Below, piece by piece: positions 27,927 through 32,000 of a stretch of DNA of 32,000 nt. The notes beneath the pieces were generated by a model, which was not told where the DNA came from, ran no database searches, and saw nothing but the letters and a program-made list of their open reading frames with translations. Numbering within the stretch: position 1 is the stretch's first letter; every line of letters starts with the position of its first letter. Origin of the DNA: Promethearchaeota archaeon (GTDB taxonomy: Archaea > Asgardarchaeota > Lokiarchaeia > Sigyniarchaeales > Promethearchaeaceae). The stretch lies in NCBI GenBank assembly GCA_016933055.1, contig JAFGBS010000009.1, positions 690,001-722,000 of the forward strand. The letters run 5' to 3'. A program made the translations under genes and the position numbers.

Positions 27927-28175
27927 AAAAAACTCCAGTTCCAGAATTCAAATCAATAATTTTTCTGTTTTCTTATGTTGTTGAGCTAAGTATATTAGAT
28001 GAATCCCAATACATAACAAACCGATATAGAATAACAAATCAACCGCTATAGTTCTATTTATCGCTTTATATGTCTAAAAAAAGGTTGAAATAATAAAAAA
28101 AGAGAGATTATCAAGGAATTATGGAATTGATTTCCAAATTCACGCTTTCAATTGGATTTTTCTCCTTTTCGGCGT

Positions 28176-30674
28176 TTATATGGGTCGCGAATTCGCTTGA
28201 AATACAGGTCCTATAATCTGGGAATACAAAGTGGCAAATCCTTCTTGTGTGGAAACCACAGCGATTATTTCATCCTCTACTTTGGAGAAAGGTGCTAAAA
28301 TTACTTCCTCTGCGTCCTTGGTCACGGCAATGAAATTACCCGCCGATTTCATTTGACGGAATTGAATATTTCCCAGAGCCTTCATCCTACCTATGATTGT
28401 CTCGAATTCAGGGGTCCAATGTGTAGTATAGAAGAATCGCGCAGCTTTACGAGTGTAAGCCATCTGACTCATCTGTTCCATGATCTTTGGCACTACTTGA
28501 TGAGTAACCACAATAATCGAACTTTTAACTCTTGCGAGCATATCATTCACAAGTTCTATGATAGCAGGAAGTCCAATAACATGCCAGGTAGTAGCTTCTG
28601 GAACTTCAATGATGGATGCAGATGCGTGTAAAATATCACTTAATTTATCCTCATTATTAATGGCAATTTCAGTTGCTTCATCGATACCATTCATGAATTG
28701 AAGAGTAAAATCAGCAATTGCATCTTTAGTATTTTGAATGTTTTCGTTTATTGTTCGGGTTAACGATTGTTGTAAAAATGATGCATTTTCTTGATATTTC
28801 GATTTGTGATCCTCCAACATAGCATGCAGTTTATCATTCAATTCCTTGCATTCATTTTGGAACAGATCAATTTCATCATTGAGGTATTTTTCTGATCGAG
28901 TTAAAGCTCCGTCATATTTTTCATTCTGTGTGGTTTTGACTTGATTTTTATCCGCTTCAAAGTTTTTTGCGTGTGCAACATTTTTCTCTTTGGTTGCATT
29001 CAGATGATTAGTTATATCCGTTATCTGTTGAGAGCTTTCTGTAGTTACCTTATTCTTTGCTATATTGTGGTCTTTGTCCATTTCACTATACCATTCAGCG
29101 ACATTATTTTTCACTTCGTGGTTACTATCGTCATAATGACTTAGTGCATTCTTTAAATGACGGCTTATCGCTGCATCATATTCTGTATGATGAGTCTCTA
29201 ACGTACTCTGGGTAAGATCTTTAAGTTTAACGGTGGTGTCTTTGCAATGGTTAATATTTTTTGTAAAAGTAGCATCAATTTCTGCGGATAAATCCGCTGC
29301 TAAACCTTCCATTTCAACATTTACAGAATCATGTGCCTTTTTATCCAGTTCATCAGTTTCTTCTTTTAATTTATCATTTTCTTTAGTAAGTATCTCTCGA
29401 TTTTTCTCAGTGTACTCTGATGTACTAGCCGTAAAACCCTCCTTCACAGTTGTAGATAGTTTTCCTACACGTTCTCGGACTTCTTTATTCAATGCTTTCC
29501 ATTCATTATGTTTTCCAATAAATAATGCCTTGAAAGCACTACCCCTTTTAGATAAATCATCAGAGAGTCCTGAGAGTTTGCTGGAAATATCTGCTAAGTT
29601 ATCGATTAACATGAGGGTATTTTCTTCAAAGCCACTCACATTTTGTGTTAATAAGGATTGAAGATTATCCGTAGTTGATTTGATATGATCAGCTTGTTCA
29701 TATAAGAGTTTGGTAATGGTTCGTTTTAATTCGTCAATAACATCATACATTCGAGCCATGTATTTGGCTAAAATCTCTTCTAGTGACGGTTTCAGGGCTT
29801 CTGCATGCTCTTTATGGAAATCAACATGCTCATCCAGTTGTTTTTTAATTTCGGTTTCTAATTTGCTAACTCTCTTGGCAAAATCCTTTAATAAGTCTGC
29901 AATAATCGAGTTAATACCATCTTTCGCTGATATTATACCTTCATCATAATTAGATACAAATCCATCAGCAATCCCTTTTAGTTGCTGATTTAGATTGTCA
30001 ATTATTGAATGAAGGTCTGTTTCTAATATCTTGGTTTTGGAAATATGCGATTCCGAAATATGATCCAATTTAATATTTAACGAGGTATTATCTTCTGTAA
30101 ACTTATTGGAATGATTGTCCCAAAGTGTAGATGCCTCTGTTTCTACTTCTCGTACATCTTTTTCAAGCTTTGCATAGGTGTCTCGAGCGGTGGTTGTAAA
30201 CCTGTCTTTAGCTTTCTCAATCGCAGCCCGTTTTTCGGAATCATGTTCATCCGAACCTCTAAAGAATTCTTCGATTTGATTCTTTACACGTTCATCAATC
30301 TCTTCCACTGAACCAGTACGAATGGATTCAAGATTATCAAAACGTTTTGATTGATCCTCCAGAACAGCATCCTTTATTTTCTCAATTTTTCCTCGGAACT
30401 TTTTCGATTCTTCAATTACTAAGGAAAAGTAGGGTTCAAGGGGGATATATCTGGACACAGATACTTCCGATTTAATTTCCTTAAGAAATTTTTCCTCGCA
30501 TAATTTATCTGTAATAGTTTTCACGAGCTCGTAATTCATTTCAAGATACGTTGCTATGAAACTAGCAGTTGCCTGGGGATTTCCAAGATATGCAATCAGC
30601 ACATCGATCTCTTCTTCATTTAGTCCGTATTGACTAAAAATAGATCTTGTCTCTTCTTTTAGTGACATGTTCAA
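28176..30674 (-). CDS. TrmB-like protein: N-terminal winged HTH, ~600-aa coiled-coil/helical region, C-terminal TrmB effector (PLD-like) domain
   Basis: YGLNEEEIDV..AYL....ATAS.IA...Y.P..P at the N-terminus; long E/K/D/L amphipathic helix; C-terminal WHVIG...ML.R.KSSIIVV...D.EEVILAP. Confidence 0.7.
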   Translation of the reverse strand: MNMSLKEETRSIFSQYGLNEEEIDVLIAYLGNPQATASFIATYLEMNYELVKTITDKLCEEKFLKEIKSEVSVSRYIPLEPYFSLVIEESKKFRGKIEKIKDAVLEDQSKRFDNLESIRTGSVEEIDERVKNQIEEFFRGSDEHDSEKRAAIEKAKDRFTTTARDTYAKLEKDVREVETEASTLWDNHSNKFTEDNTSLNIKLDHISESHISKTKILETDLHSIIDNLNQQLKGIADGFVSNYDEGIISAKDGINSIIADLLKDFAKRVSKLETEIKKQLDEHVDFHKEHAEALKPSLEEILAKYMARMYDVIDELKRTITKLLYEQADHIKSTTDNLQSLLTQNVSGFEENTLMLIDNLADISSKLSGLSDDLSKRGSAFKALFIGKHNEWKALNKEVRERVGKLSTTVKEGFTASTSEYTEKNREILTKENDKLKEETDELDKKAHDSVNVEMEGLAADLSAEIDATFTKNINHCKDTTVKLKDLTQSTLETHHTEYDAAISRHLKNALSHYDDSNHEVKNNVAEWYSEMDKDHNIAKNKVTTESSQQITDITNHLNATKEKNVAHAKNFEADKNQVKTTQNEKYDGALTRSEKYLNDEIDLFQNECKELNDKLHAMLEDHKSKYQENASFLQQSLTRTINENIQNTKDAIADFTLQFMNGIDEATEIAINNEDKLSDILHASASIIEVPEATTWHVIGLPAIIELVNDMLARVKSSIIVVTHQVVPKIMEQMSQMAYTRKAARFFYTTHWTPEFETIIGRMKALGNIQFRQMKSAGNFIAVTKDAEEVILAPFSKVEDEIIAVVSTQEGFATLYSQIIGPVFQANSRPI

Positions 30675-30783
30675 TATCGCCCATGTGTTTTTTAATAATG
30701 TAATTTTTTTGAAAGGCTAATAAATTTTTGATTCTACCTCGTTTTTAGAGTACTTCCTTAATAATAAATGATTAAGTTACTTA

Positions 30784-31809
30784 TTAAGATTTAAATGTAA
30801 AATCCGTCTGTTCAAGGGTATTTTTATTTATAAAGTCTTCAAGTTCATGGATGGATTTTGGTAACCCAATTCTAACTCCCCAGCCTTCAACTTCGAATGC
30901 AGAAAGTGCTGAAGCATATTTCGCGATTTTTTTTAAGGATAGATTGTTTAAGATACCATAAATAAAACCCGATGCAAAGGCATCTCCAGCACCAGTTGTA
31001 TCGGAAACAGTGACTTTATATATCCCTGATTCAACAACTTGATCTCCGTCAATCAATCTCGATCCTTTAGAACCTAATGATACCGCCATCTTCTTTAGAC
31101 CCCATGAAAGCATTTTTTTAATTCCTTTAATTGTGGTATTTTCTCCAGTCAATTCTTGAATTTCTTCACTATTCATACAGGCAAAATCAGACTGTTTTAC
31201 AAATCGGATCGCATCCTCATGTCTTTTCTTTATTATTGAAATAGAAGGACAAGCACATACAAACACATCATATTTTTTGGCATATTCAATTGCTTTTTGG
31301 ATTGCACCACAACTTTTTTCAGAGGTCAATGAGGTCCAAACGAGAATTTTGGCATCTTTTATCATTTCTTCCTTGACATATTCTGCATCTGCTAAATCCG
31401 CAGCACCTTTATAGACTAATATGGATCTGTCTTTTCCGTATCCGGTCATTAAAACGATTGATACGCCTGTTAAGTCCTCTTTAGTTCGCTTTACAAAAGA
31501 TATATCGACTCCTCTACTACGTAAATCCTCTAATGATATATTTCCATTTTGGTCCATCCCAACTACTCCAAGATATCGCGTCTTCAATCCAATAGATGCC
31601 AGATCTGCGGCAACATTGCATGCAGAACCGCCGGGGACTATGTGCAATGAGTCCACATTAACTTTACTAGAATATTCGATAGCAGTATATTTCTTAACCA
31701 CTTCTTGAGAGTATGTCTCAAATCTCATAACGTCTTTAACTGCCATAATCAGATCTGCAGATGCACCTCCTATAGTGACAACATCAATCTGTTTTTTTGA
31801 GTTTTCCAT
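30784..31809 (-). CDS. PfkB/ribokinase-family carbohydrate kinase
   Basis: PGGSACNVA, G.VG.D.NG, N.EE and DTTGAGDAF signatures. Confidence 0.93.
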   Translation of the reverse strand: MENSKKQIDVVTIGGASADLIMAVKDVMRFETYSQEVVKKYTAIEYSSKVNVDSLHIVPGGSACNVAADLASIGLKTRYLGVVGMDQNGNISLEDLRSRGVDISFVKRTKEDLTGVSIVLMTGYGKDRSILVYKGAADLADAEYVKEEMIKDAKILVWTSLTSEKSCGAIQKAIEYAKKYDVFVCACPSISIIKKRHEDAIRFVKQSDFACMNSEEIQELTGENTTIKGIKKMLSWGLKKMAVSLGSKGSRLIDGDQVVESGIYKVTVSDTTGAGDAFASGFIYGILNNLSLKKIAKYASALSAFEVEGWGVRIGLPKSIHELEDFINKNTLEQTDFTFKS

Positions 31810-31853
31810 GTGTATTCCTCCGATTAAGAATTTATAAAACTTAGTTCTATGAA

Positions 31854-32000
31854 TTATCTTAGCATTTTTTGAAAACTTGTGTACTCCGTGGATTTTTTCA
31901 TAATTCTCTTGCGATAATAAGCATTAATGCTATCTAAGAGTGCGATACCTGGAAACACATTATCTGCTTGATTAATGCTTCCATACATTGCGAAATCAGC
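31854..32000 (-). CDS. mtrH: C-terminal fragment of an MtrH-like methyltransferase, truncated by the window edge
   Basis: Not in the ORF track. Manual translation gives ADFAMYGSINQADNVFPGIALLDSINAYYRKR...*, resembling the MtrH C-terminal pattern (DF.LYGPI..A..VFP..A..D). Confidence 0.6.
   Translation of the reverse strand, partial: ADFAMYGSINQADNVFPGIALLDSINAYYRKRIMKKSTEYTSFQKMLR

Noticed and set aside
28176-30674. SMC/Rad50 call for the long coiled-coil protein
   Set aside because: No Walker A/B or ABC signature motif and no hinge or Zn hook.

Overview
AT-rich archaeal chromosome segment, most likely from an Asgard archaeon of the Lokiarchaeia. This assignment is inferred from a 1DGelX-like gelsolin gene, a stand-alone divergent EF-2 and multiple URO-D-family paralogs. 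In order, the window holds: a truncated ArsA/GET3 ATPase; a thioredoxin followed by a four-thioredoxin-domain protein with a PDI-like active-inactive-inactive-active layout; ahcY divergent from an Lrp/AsnC regulator and arcS-raSEA (archaeosine synthesis); a large Zn-finger/polyproline protein; an EF-2 with an altered diphthamide loop; a putative catabolic locus (two URO-D/MtaA-fold genes, a GPH symporter, an (alpha/alpha)6-barrel enzyme); a gelsolin-like gene coupled to cca; a B12-radical SAM/YkgJ/methyltransferase group; fae-hps; a TrmB-like protein with a ~600-aa coiled coil; a PfkB kinase; and the 3' end of an mtrH-like gene. The most unusual non-coding signal is a pair of diverged, strongly structured elements of about 200-260 bp (about 14103-14362 and 18450-18654). 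They share four ordered sequence blocks and a conserved hairpin, and one of them interrupts a URO-D-family gene. No rRNA, tRNA, CRISPR array or transposase was recognised. All assignments come from manual motif recognition; no database searches were run.
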